A stretch of DNA of 64,000 nucleotides from Candidatus Micrarchaeota archaeon (GTDB lineage Archaea > Micrarchaeota > Micrarchaeia > Anstonellales > J096): NCBI GenBank assembly GCA_026982895.1, contig JALWQW010000001.1, positions 17,847-81,846 of the forward strand, written 5' to 3'. A program made the position numbers and the translations under genes. The notes beneath the pieces were generated by a model, which was not told where the DNA came from, ran no database searches, and saw only the letters and a program-made list of their open reading frames with translations. Below, piece after piece: positions 45,133 to 52,999 of this stretch. Each line of letters begins with the position of its first letter. Position 1 is the stretch's first letter.

Positions 45133-45603
45133 CTATTTTACGATAACGCGCTTTTTAACCAGCCGCGCTCCTTCATCGAAAAGCTCTTCGAACCAAAAGT
45201 GACCCTCTATTTTATTCCTATTTAAGACATGCGGCAGCCAATGAGGATCATCTTCCCACATCTGCTCGAAGGGAAGTTCATCCAATCTAAACCAAGATGG
45301 CATCATCTCCTCACTCTCTTTTATATCGCCAGACCATTTTTTCACAATATAAACTTTGACATAAAAGCCGATCTCCTCCCCATTGTAGAAATAAAGCTCT
45401 CCCATATATTCATAATCGACTATTTCAACACCACACTCTTCTAGAATCTCCCGCCTCAATGCCTCTTCGAAGTTTTCTTCTTTTTCAACTTTGCCGCCAA
45501 ATCCATTCCACTTATTCACGCCGTAGCCCCTCTTTTTTAAGCCAAGCAAAACTTTGTCTCCATCTATGAGAAAACCCAGCACAGCCTTTTTCATATTAAT
45601 CAT
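45133..45603 (-). CDS. NUDIX hydrolase (MutT-like)
   Basis: Nudix box GGKVEKEENFEEALRREILEECGV. Confidence 0.8.
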   Translation of the reverse strand: MINMKKAVLGFLIDGDKVLLGLKKRGYGVNKWNGFGGKVEKEENFEEALRREILEECGVEIVDYEYMGELYFYNGEEIGFYVKVYIVKKWSGDIKESEEMMPSWFRLDELPFEQMWEDDPHWLPHVLNRNKIEGHFWFEELFDEGARLVKKRVIVK

Positions 45604-46144
45604 CTAATTCTCCACTTTTGTTGTTTATGAGCTTTGAGCTTTTTAACCTCTCTGGGTTGAATGCAACTCTCGACCTTTTTATCACAGCCCCTTCAATGTG
45701 GAAAGGCTTTTGATCGTATCCAAAAATAACAACATCCGGCTTGACTATGCCTATTGTGTCCTGTGGATTTTCTCTCCCTGCTATGGCAGCATCCACTGCT
45801 TTAACACTCCCTATCAATTCCACTCGCTCTTTTAATGTGTGGAGCGGTTTTCTTCCCTTTTTGCGTATATGCTCATCTCGAGCTACAAAGACGACGAGCA
45901 CATCCCCCTCCCTTTTAGCATCTTCCAAAAATTTAACATGTCCAAGGTGGATTGTGTCGAATACACCACCTACAGCCACAACCTTTATGGCTTTCCTAAT
46001 ATTTTCTTTGAGCCAATATTTGCCATTCTTTTCTTCTAAGAGTTTCTTTTCATCGTCTTCTAATTTGTCATAAATGTCTTTGCTTATGCCCTCGCCTTTT
46101 ATTTGCATGATGTAGAGATGTTTGATTTTACTTTTATCAGCCAC
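45596..46144 (-). CDS. cytidylyltransferase-fold protein, RibL-like FAD synthetase
   Basis: GGVFDTIHLGHVKFL nucleotidyltransferase motif. About 50-aa N-terminal extension. Confidence 0.65.
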   Translation of the reverse strand: MADKSKIKHLYIMQIKGEGISKDIYDKLEDDEKKLLEEKNGKYWLKENIRKAIKVVAVGGVFDTIHLGHVKFLEDAKREGDVLVVFVARDEHIRKKGRKPLHTLKERVELIGSVKAVDAAIAGRENPQDTIGIVKPDVVIFGYDQKPFHIEGAVIKRSRVAFNPERLKSSKLINNKSGELDD

Positions 46145-46215
46145 ACCCTTTTAGGTTTCTTAAACCTTTTAAAGGCAACACAGCCTTGCACATTTGTGAG
46201 AAAATTTTGAGCGGA

Positions 46216-46440
46216 AGCTTCATCAAAGAAGAGGAACTTTTTTGGCGGACCTTCTTCAAAAGAAACTTTTTAAGAAAAAGTTCCATCAAATGAACTTCTT
46301 GGGAAGAAGTTCAATCAAGAACTCCAAGGAATTTCTCGATCAAACCTCTTTTTTAAAGAGGTTTGTTTTCTTGATTAAACTTTTCTTTTCTAAAAAAAGA
46401 GGTTTTCTTGATTAAACTTCTTTTTCTAAAAGAAGTTTAT
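46216..46440. repeat. array of 5-6 related hairpin-forming palindromes with embedded 18-nt perfect direct repeat
   Basis: Perfect hairpins at 46291-46313 (10 bp), 46341-46365 (11 bp) and 46414-46438 (11 bp), all with 3-nt loops. Imperfect hairpins at 46262-46284 and 46377-46405. gttttcttgattaaactt occurs at 46365-46382 and 46402-46419. Confidence 0.75.
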
Positions 46441-46441
46441 A

Positions 46442-46513
46442 TGGACCCTGGGGGATTTGAACCCCCGGCCTTCCGCGTGCGAGGCGGACGCTCTACCACT
46501 GAGCTAAGGGCCC
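46442..46513 (-). tRNA. tRNA-Ala (CGC)
   Basis: Reverse complement gggccct..agggtcc-a with a G3:U70 wobble. Anticodon stem tccgc/gcgga with loop cTCGCac. T-arm ggggg-ttcaaat-ccccc. Confidence 0.92.
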
Positions 46514-46540
46514 TATGCGTGAAAAAGAAAAAAAGGATTA

Positions 46541-46660
46541 TTACTCGTCGTCATCCTCGTCCCAGAAGTCATCATCATCCTCATCGTCTTCATCATCCCA
46601 GAAGTCCTCTTCTTCGTCATCATCTTCGTCGTCTATCTTCATGGGGACGATTTTTTTCAT
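46541..46660 (-). CDS. 39-aa hyperacidic micro-protein with two DFWD motifs (below ORF-track cutoff)
   Basis: Manual translation: MKKIVPMKIDDEDDDEEEDFWDDEDDEDDDDFWDEDDDE, then TAA TAA. 26/39 residues are D/E. The TATA-like catttaaaaag is upstream on the minus strand. Confidence 0.45.
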   Translation of the reverse strand: MKKIVPMKIDDEDDDEEEDFWDDEDDEDDDDFWDEDDDE

Positions 46661-46732
46661 ATCTACAACCATTTTCCCACCAACCTATTTCGCAGGGCTA
46701 ATCTTTTTAAATGATGACTGTAAGATATAACT

Positions 46733-47101
46733 ATGGCTAGGCTGAAATTCTCATATAAACTCATCCCTCTTCGCTTGGCAAGAGGTGAGGATAGCAGTAT
46801 GGATATAATCTTTAGAATAGAAAATCTAACGGAAAAACCTATGCTTGTATCTATAGAAGCGCGCATATTGAAAAAAACAGCGCTTCTTGGTTTCGACGAC
46901 AAACTTCTGCATAAGCATGCCGTCAAAAAAGTGGGAACTTTAAAGCCTTTTCAGAGTGTGGAAGTTCCTATTCGTATATATGGCGACCCCCGAACAAGAC
47001 CTGATGACTATCCATTGGAATTGAAGGTTTATGAGCATTATTTGGACTATGACAAAGTTTTGGGCGAATATCGTAGAGAAGCAAACATACGCGTTATTTG
47101 A
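46733..47101 (+). CDS. hypothetical beta-rich protein
   Basis: 122-aa ORF, divergent from the acidic micro-ORF across a 72-nt spacer. Confidence 0.5.
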   Translation: MARLKFSYKLIPLRLARGEDSSMDIIFRIENLTEKPMLVSIEARILKKTALLGFDDKLLHKHAVKKVGTLKPFQSVEVPIRIYGDPRTRPDDYPLELKVYEHYLDYDKVLGEYRREANIRVI

Positions 47102-47110
47102 TGGGATATC

Positions 47111-47527
47111 ATGCCTAGAAAACAAACTGGAAAAGATAGCGTCAACAACGACATCCCCCACTTAAAAGTAAATAACCACATAAATGCTGGAAAAGGGAGA
47201 GCAAATATTCATATTCCTGTAATCCTTTTCTTTCTGATATACTTCATAGGCATCGGCGTCTTTCACTATGTTGAGGGCTGGGATTATCTCACCTCTTCTT
47301 ATTTCATAACAGCCACAGTTCTGACAATTGGCTATGGCGATGTCGTTCCAAAGACGGACCTTGGAAAAATAATAACAATCCTCTATGCATGGTTGGGTGT
47401 GGGTATTGGCTTTTATATCCTCGTTAGAGTATCTGATTTGAGGAGGCGCTATTTTGATGATAGAATTGCTCGTATGGAAGAGATATTTGTAAACACTGTT
47501 AAGCGCTCTGACAAAAAGCGTCGCTGA
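47111..47527 (+). CDS. minimal 2-TM potassium channel (KcsA-like pore only)
   Basis: Selectivity filter TVLTIGYGDVVP flanked by two TM helices. 138 aa. Confidence 0.8.
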   Translation: MPRKQTGKDSVNNDIPHLKVNNHINAGKGRANIHIPVILFFLIYFIGIGVFHYVEGWDYLTSSYFITATVLTIGYGDVVPKTDLGKIITILYAWLGVGIGFYILVRVSDLRRRYFDDRIARMEEIFVNTVKRSDKKRR

Positions 47528-47849
47528 GGAGCATGTAAGCTGTTTTTATCAGGCCTTGGGCTGAAAACGCAACTATGGCGAATCTAGCAGCGGCATCTGG
47601 TGTTAAAACATAGAAAAGCAAAAGCAAAGCTGGAAAAGAGAAATTTTTAAGAAGGGCTGAATCTGCTTTTTCTTTCACAACTCGAATACAAAAATGCAGG
47701 CTGATAGCATATAGTACACCTATACCAACAATCAGCAATCCAGCTATTAAGGGCAGAGGTATAAAGAAGGCCACGAAGAACAGTAGCAACTCCAAGAAGC
47801 CGATTCCGCCGCCAATAACCAATTCGCTCAATACCTGTTTAACAATCAT
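47499..47849 (-). CDS. small integral membrane protein
   Basis: 116-aa hydrophobic ORF. 4-nt overlap with the upstream enolase gene. Confidence 0.45.
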   Translation of the reverse strand: MIVKQVLSELVIGGGIGFLELLLFFVAFFIPLPLIAGLLIVGIGVLYAISLHFCIRVVKEKADSALLKNFSFPALLLLFYVLTPDAAARFAIVAFSAQGLIKTAYMLLSDAFCQSA

Positions 47850-49057
47850 AATTTCTCCTCTATTCTCAAAAGCTGGTTGTATTTACAAGTCCTTTCTCCT
47901 CTTGCGGGAGCTCCGAATTTAGCATACGGACTGCCTAATCCTGCTGCCATCTCAGCTATGAATGCATCTTCTGTTTCGCCGCTCCTATGGCTGACGATTA
48001 TAAAGGGTGTTTTTTCCCTTGCAAATGACACTGTTTCAAAGGTTTCTGTGAGTGTGCCTATTTGGTTGGGTTTTATGATTAAACCGTCTAATCCCTCTGC
48101 GAACTTTTTAAGCCTTTCAACATTCGTAACAGTCAAGTCGTCTCCGATTATCTTGCAGCAGTTTTTGCTCTTCAATGCTTTGAATCCTTCAAAATCGTCT
48201 TCTGAGAATGGGTCTTCCAAGCTTAATAATTTGTAGTCCGAATTTACTTCTGTCCAATAATCTACCAACTCATCGCTCGTCAATTTCTTCCCATCTATCC
48301 TATAACTTCCATCGCTGTAAAAGGAATTAGCGGCGGCATCCATACTTATTTTAACTTCTCCACTGCAACCAGCATCTCCTATTGCTTTCTCTATTAGCTC
48401 TAATGCTTCACGCGTCTCTTTCAACGGAGGAGCAAAACCTCCCTCATCCCCGACATTTATAGCATCTCTGCCGTACCTTCGCTTTATCTCATCTTTTAAG
48501 TAGAGATAAACCTCTGAGGCACATTCATATCTTTCAGAGAATTCCTTCTGTTGAGGCACGATTAAAAATTCCTGCACAGCCAATTCATTGCCTGCATGCT
48601 CTCCACCATTTATAATGTTGAACATTGTTTTCGGTAGTTTGGCTTTGCTTTTTGTTATCTCTTCGATATGTTTATACACTTCCACCTCTTTTGCAGCCGC
48701 ACCCAGCTTTGCTACAGCTATGGATGTTGCTATCATGGCATTTGCTCCTATTCTCTCTTTGTTTACTGTGCCATCTGCTTTTATCATTAGCTTGTCAATT
48801 TCCTCCTGCTCTTCGGGATTTTTTCCCTTCAACAAAGGCGCAAGAATGTTCCTAACATTCGCAACCGCTTTGCTTACGCCGTATCCATGGAAAGTTTTTC
48901 CATTGTCTCGAAGTTCTTTTGCTTCCTTTTTTCCAGTGCTGGCTCCGGAAGGTGAGGCTGCCTTAACTTTATTTTTTCCATCACTTAACTCGACTTCTAC
49001 AGTCGGCTTAGCCCTTGAATCCAATATCCAACGGGCGTGAATCTCTTCAATAGCCAT
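47846..49057 (-). CDS. eno: enolase (phosphopyruvate hydratase)
   Basis: ARWILDSRAKPTVEVE, GDDLTVTN, SHRSGETED motifs. Confidence 0.92.
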   Translation of the reverse strand: MAIEEIHARWILDSRAKPTVEVELSDGKNKVKAASPSGASTGKKEAKELRDNGKTFHGYGVSKAVANVRNILAPLLKGKNPEEQEEIDKLMIKADGTVNKERIGANAMIATSIAVAKLGAAAKEVEVYKHIEEITKSKAKLPKTMFNIINGGEHAGNELAVQEFLIVPQQKEFSERYECASEVYLYLKDEIKRRYGRDAINVGDEGGFAPPLKETREALELIEKAIGDAGCSGEVKISMDAAANSFYSDGSYRIDGKKLTSDELVDYWTEVNSDYKLLSLEDPFSEDDFEGFKALKSKNCCKIIGDDLTVTNVERLKKFAEGLDGLIIKPNQIGTLTETFETVSFAREKTPFIIVSHRSGETEDAFIAEMAAGLGSPYAKFGAPARGERTCKYNQLLRIEEKL

Positions 49058-49110
49058 AACCTTATTTGAAGGCGTCTATTTAAAATAATAACTCTCCTTT
49101 AGATTTATTC

Positions 49111-49767
49111 ATGCGCGTATATGCTCCAAAATTTATGTTCATCGATATGGATGGCACGATATTAAAGACAGAGGATTATTATTTTCAGAGGATGGGGGAA
49201 GCTCTCTCTTCTTTTGCTGGAAAGGATGTCATGGTGGATTTCATGAAGGAGTTAAATGGTCCAGCTTTCAGAGCCGTTAGGGGTATAAGTGGTTCAAAGA
49301 CTCTCGAGTGGTTCGCCAATCGCCTCGATATTCCTTTGCCAGCCGATGCTTTCGCCAAATATCGACAGAGGGTTATAGCAGGTTTTAAGGAATGGATGAA
49401 CGAGGCTCGTTTCATAGACGGCTTTTTGGATTTTTTGAAGAGATATGACACTCCATATGCATTGGTCACTACTACTGGAAGGGTAATTATCGACGAGGTC
49501 CTCAAGTATTTGCCACGGGAGCCGGAAATCATCATAAGTGGTGAAGATGTCAAGGAAAAGAAGCCATCTCCTTTACCTTACATCTATGCTTATAGAGAGG
49601 CCATGGGCCTATTTTTCCCTCTTTTCAAAGACGAAGTTCTTGTCTTTGAGGATTCCATGCCCGGCTTTGATTCAGCTTCGCGAGCAGGTCTTAGCCCCAT
49701 CATAAATGTCAATACGTGCCTTTGGGAACCGTGCATCCATAATTGGCATGAAATCGAGATGATTTAA
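49111..49767 (+). CDS. HAD-superfamily hydrolase (beta-phosphoglucomutase-like subfamily)
   Basis: Motif I FIDMDGTIL, motif III KEKKPSP, motif IV FEDSMPG. Confidence 0.75.
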   Translation: MRVYAPKFMFIDMDGTILKTEDYYFQRMGEALSSFAGKDVMVDFMKELNGPAFRAVRGISGSKTLEWFANRLDIPLPADAFAKYRQRVIAGFKEWMNEARFIDGFLDFLKRYDTPYALVTTTGRVIIDEVLKYLPREPEIIISGEDVKEKKPSPLPYIYAYREAMGLFFPLFKDEVLVFEDSMPGFDSASRAGLSPIINVNTCLWEPCIHNWHEIEMI

Positions 49768-49871
49768 CAGGTGCTTGCCTTCTTAGATTAATTTCGGTAA
49801 TCTCTACATCAACTTCTATTATGGCATCTATTTATTTGTCTCTTCCTAAAATTCCCTATACAGATATAAAA

Positions 49872-50039
49872 TAAAGAGTTAAGCCCCAGGAGGCGCTCCT
49901 TACGGAGCCTTTGGCCGGAGAACCGGCAGGGCATATCTGCCCATTTAGCCGCACGAAGCGACTACGCGACATTGAGTCGCGGCCTCAAGCCCTAAGGCGA
50001 GGCGGCCCATAGAGGGCTCTTTTCCTCCTGGTTTGGCCC
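49872..50039 (-). ncRNA. unclassified GC-rich structured RNA (about 165 nt); strand and ends inferred
   Basis: Closing helix ccaggagg (49886-93) / cctcctgg (50024-31). At least 5 internal perfect hairpins. TATA-like atatttaaag about 26 nt upstream on the minus strand and an oligo-T run after the 3-prime end. Confidence 0.55.
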
Positions 50040-50109
50040 TATTATCTTATGAGCCAACACCTTTAAATATTTTTCGCTTGGCTCAACCCCATTTTTTAAT
50101 TATTTATCA

Positions 50110-51342
50110 CTAAGCTTCTCCTCTTCTCTCTGCCCTCATTTTTTCTAATTCTTCTTTCACTAAATCCATTGTCACCTTTTTGCCTTCAACCCTCTTCATT
50201 ACCTCAGCAGCTTCCTCTGTCGTTGCTCCCAAGCTCATAGCGAGGACACGCGCGTGAAGCTTCATGTGGCCTTTTTGTATGCCCGTTGTCGTTAAAGCGT
50301 TGACTGCTGAGAAGTTATTTGCTAAGCCAACTGCTGCAATTATCATCGCCAACTCCTTTGCCGAAGGATTTCCGAGCATCTTCAAAGATGCGCCTGCATG
50401 TGCCAATACTCTAGTTGCTCCACCGACGCTACCGACAGCTAATGGCACCTCTATTACACCCTTTACACCTTCTTTTGCTTTATGATAAGAGGTTATTGGC
50501 TTGCCTGTCAAAGCGGAGTATGTGTGTATGCCTGCTTCTATTGCTCTCCAATCCTGTCCTGTGGCTAAAGCTACTGCATCCATGCCGTTCATAGCTCCCT
50601 TATTGTGCGTTGCTCTTCTGTAGATATCATTTTCAGCAAAGCTTACTCCGTCTAAGAATTCTTCAACACCTTCTATATTGAATGTGGCTTCAACCTTAAC
50701 CTTCCTATATGTCGAGAGATTGCTGAGTATGCGCATCCTGCTTTTTCCCTCTATAATATCTTCTATGTACGGAGCCATGCCTTCTGCCAATGTGTTTATC
50801 GTATTAGCGCCCATTGCATCTGCTGTATTGGCTAAAAACTTCACCAAGAGGAATTCCCCGCGAACAGTGTACAGTGTTTCTGCCCAAATCCTTTCAAACC
50901 CGCCGCCATATTGCTCCATGGGCTTTGCCAATTCTCTGCCTATTTTCTCCACTTCTTCACTCCTCTCCTTAAATTTTTCATATGCCTTTTGTGCATTATC
51001 TGCTCTTAGCAAAATCTCCCCCAGCATGAGGCTTTCATCTGCTATACCCGTGAATCCGTTAGGCAGTGTGAGCTTACACCCTCTATTTGCAGCCGCCACG
51101 ACAGAGGGCTCTTCTATCATCATAGGCACAATGTAGTCTTTGCCATTGAGTCGAAGGTTGGTTACAACTCCTATTGGCAGTGAGCCTCTCCCGACGACAT
51201 TTTCTATTATGCTATCAGCTTTATCTAAGCTTAGAGGCTCGGTCAAGCCTTTTGCTACATCTTCACCAAAAACCTCTTCGATAACTTTTAATCGCTCCTC
51301 CACGCTCTTTTTGTAGAACTTGCTAAATTTTTCATTTACCAT
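50110..51342 (-). CDS. hmgA: HMG-CoA reductase, class II type
   Basis: EEPSVVAAANRG (class II signature), DAMGANTIN, GTVGG-like SVGGAT. Confidence 0.9.
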   Translation of the reverse strand: MVNEKFSKFYKKSVEERLKVIEEVFGEDVAKGLTEPLSLDKADSIIENVVGRGSLPIGVVTNLRLNGKDYIVPMMIEEPSVVAAANRGCKLTLPNGFTGIADESLMLGEILLRADNAQKAYEKFKERSEEVEKIGRELAKPMEQYGGGFERIWAETLYTVRGEFLLVKFLANTADAMGANTINTLAEGMAPYIEDIIEGKSRMRILSNLSTYRKVKVEATFNIEGVEEFLDGVSFAENDIYRRATHNKGAMNGMDAVALATGQDWRAIEAGIHTYSALTGKPITSYHKAKEGVKGVIEVPLAVGSVGGATRVLAHAGASLKMLGNPSAKELAMIIAAVGLANNFSAVNALTTTGIQKGHMKLHARVLAMSLGATTEEAAEVMKRVEGKKVTMDLVKEELEKMRAERRGEA

Positions 51343-51352
51343 AGAACCACCA

Positions 51353-51820
51353 TTAAATGCTGTACTGTATCTCCTCTATGGTTGAGAGCATTTTATTAAG
51401 CCTTTCTTCATAAACTTTCCTTATTATCGTACCCAACTCTCTTTCATGACCGTCGCCGAGAATATAGCCTGCTTTAACTTTGCTTACGAGGCCCATATCT
51501 TTCAGCCTCTTAATATGGTAATATGCTGTTTTTTCGCTTATGGCTTTATCTCTCCTCCTGCTCGCTCTTCTTGTTATTTCCTCTATCGTTAAGGGCATTG
51601 CTTCTCTTAGCCCCTCCACAAGCACTGCAAAGACATCTACGATTCCATCTCGTTTATCCCCCGGATTTATCAACCCAATAGATAGAGCCAGCCATTTCAC
51701 AAGAGCCTTATTGTTTGCCCTAATGTCGCTGGGAAGGGATAATTCTCTAAAGCAGATTTCGTTTTTTATGAGGTCTTCCATATTCCAACAATGTATTGGA
51801 AGGTTTATAAGCTTATTCAA
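51353..51820 (-). CDS. winged-helix (ArsR-like) DNA-binding protein
   Basis: Recognition-helix region EKTAYYHIKRLKDMGLVSK. Confidence 0.55.
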   Translation of the reverse strand: MNKLINLPIHCWNMEDLIKNEICFRELSLPSDIRANNKALVKWLALSIGLINPGDKRDGIVDVFAVLVEGLREAMPLTIEEITRRASRRRDKAISEKTAYYHIKRLKDMGLVSKVKAGYILGDGHERELGTIIRKVYEERLNKMLSTIEEIQYSI

Positions 51821-51823
51821 TTT

Positions 51824-52321
51824 CTACATTCGCTTTTCTGTCTTTTTCGGTGCGGTGAGTTTGAATCCAACTTCTTTAATCCCCACTTTGGTATCGACGA
51901 AACATTTCATTGAGAATAATGAGTATATCAAAAGGAGTATAGATAAGCCTAAGAATAGGGGCGCGAAGTTTTCAAAAAAGCCCCTCATAAATGATGGGAA
52001 TAAAGCAGATACAAGCGGAACCGCTAATCCCGAAACACATGCTCCGCTGGCAAAGCATGTTTGAAGAGAGGCAAACCCTAAAATATATGCTAAAAGGGAT
52101 GTCAGCGAGCCTTTACTTTGTTTGGCATAGACAACTGTCATTCTAACCATGCATGCAAGGGATGTGCCGAATAGCAGAAGAAAAATCACAGCCATTCCCA
52201 CGACGATTAATGGCGAGTTGGCTGTCAGGAATGGTGCTACTATATAAACATACCCTAAGGCCATGCTAATTATGCCGACAATCCAACACTTATAACTGCG
52301 AAGAACTTCTAATATCTCCAT
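51824..52321 (-). CDS. integral membrane protein (about 5 TM), unknown function
   Basis: Hydrophobic 165-aa ORF directly upstream of the wHTH gene on the same strand. Confidence 0.5.
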   Translation of the reverse strand: MEILEVLRSYKCWIVGIISMALGYVYIVAPFLTANSPLIVVGMAVIFLLLFGTSLACMVRMTVVYAKQSKGSLTSLLAYILGFASLQTCFASGACVSGLAVPLVSALFPSFMRGFFENFAPLFLGLSILLLIYSLFSMKCFVDTKVGIKEVGFKLTAPKKTEKRM

Positions 52322-52477
52322 CTCCTACCCTTATTTCAAAAAGATATATAAATCTTCTCGTTGCCTTCAATTTGCATATGCATTTACTTATGAACTTTCC
52401 ATTTCAGCCCTCTTCTGACGACTTTAATATCGACGACAAACAACATGTTTTAAAAACCTTACTCCTCAAAGCCCTGC

Positions 52478-52975
52478 GTGGTTGGACAAGGCGCTTTCAA
52501 AAAGGGGCAAGTTGCTATCGAGTACCTCATGACTTATGGGTGGGCTCTGTTTGTTCTTGTTATAACAATAGGCCTCTTAGCTTATTATGTGCAAAATGTC
52601 AATCAGTCATATAAGGAACAGTGTTTGTTTCCTCCTCAGGTGATATGTAACCACTTTCAGATAGTCGATGGGCCTAATGAAGATAGCTTGTTCTTGAATT
52701 TCACCAACAATATGGGCGTCGATATACGCTTAATGTCAATCAATTTTACAGACCCCTACCACCCAATCAATATAAAATTAGGAGGGGCTCTTGTCAGGGA
52801 CGGTGACTACTTCAACTATTCTGTCTCAGTTCCAACCCTGTATGTTAAGGCCGGCATGCGCTATGCTAAGGATGTCGTTATAACCTATAAGGTTTGTCCT
52901 GACGCTGGCGCGTGCAGTAATGAGGCCTACTCTATAACCGGCCATGTGATGGCTAAGGTTATGTCTGCTAGCTAA
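52478..52975 (+). CDS. archaeal type IV pilin-like protein (class III signal peptide)
   Basis: N-terminus ..FKKGQ/VAIEYLMTYGWALFVLVITIGLLAYY. GTG is the first start after the in-frame stop. TATA-like gttttaaaaacc lies about 25 nt upstream. Confidence 0.65.
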   Translation: MVGQGAFKKGQVAIEYLMTYGWALFVLVITIGLLAYYVQNVNQSYKEQCLFPPQVICNHFQIVDGPNEDSLFLNFTNNMGVDIRLMSINFTDPYHPINIKLGGALVRDGDYFNYSVSVPTLYVKAGMRYAKDVVITYKVCPDAGACSNEAYSITGHVMAKVMSAS

Positions 52976-52999
52976 TGTCGCTGGCAAAATGGTGGTAAA

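Noticed and set aside
46216-46440. Hairpin/direct-repeat array considered as a CRISPR array
   Set aside because: There are only about 5 units. The repeats are related but not identical, and the putative spacers are themselves repeated (an 18-nt perfect duplicate). There are no cas genes in 64 kb and no leader-like asymmetry. It is reported as an unexplained repeat instead.
26409-46513. Integrated mobile element bounded by tRNA genes
   Set aside because: I spotted no integrase, transposase or duplicated tRNA 3-prime fragment (att-like direct repeat) by eye next to tRNA-Asp, tRNA-Glu or tRNA-Ala. The flanking genes are core housekeeping.
46408-46730. Plus-strand ORFs 46408..46701 and 46515..46730 (poly-Ser / His-Pro-Arg-rich)
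   Set aside because: They are mirror-image translations of the acidic minus-strand micro-ORF. One also runs straight through tRNA-Ala. Their compositions are typical antisense artefacts of GA-rich coding repeats.
49872-50039. Assigning the structured RNA to RNase P RNA or SRP RNA
   Set aside because: On the minus strand, GAGGAAAAGAGCCC and a 3-prime GGCUUA superficially recall RNase P CR-I/CR-V. But the GGCUUA lies outside the terminal helix, which is the wrong topology for P4, and about 165 nt is too short. I found no helix-8-like GGAA/AGCA loop arrangement for SRP RNA. The element is left unclassified.
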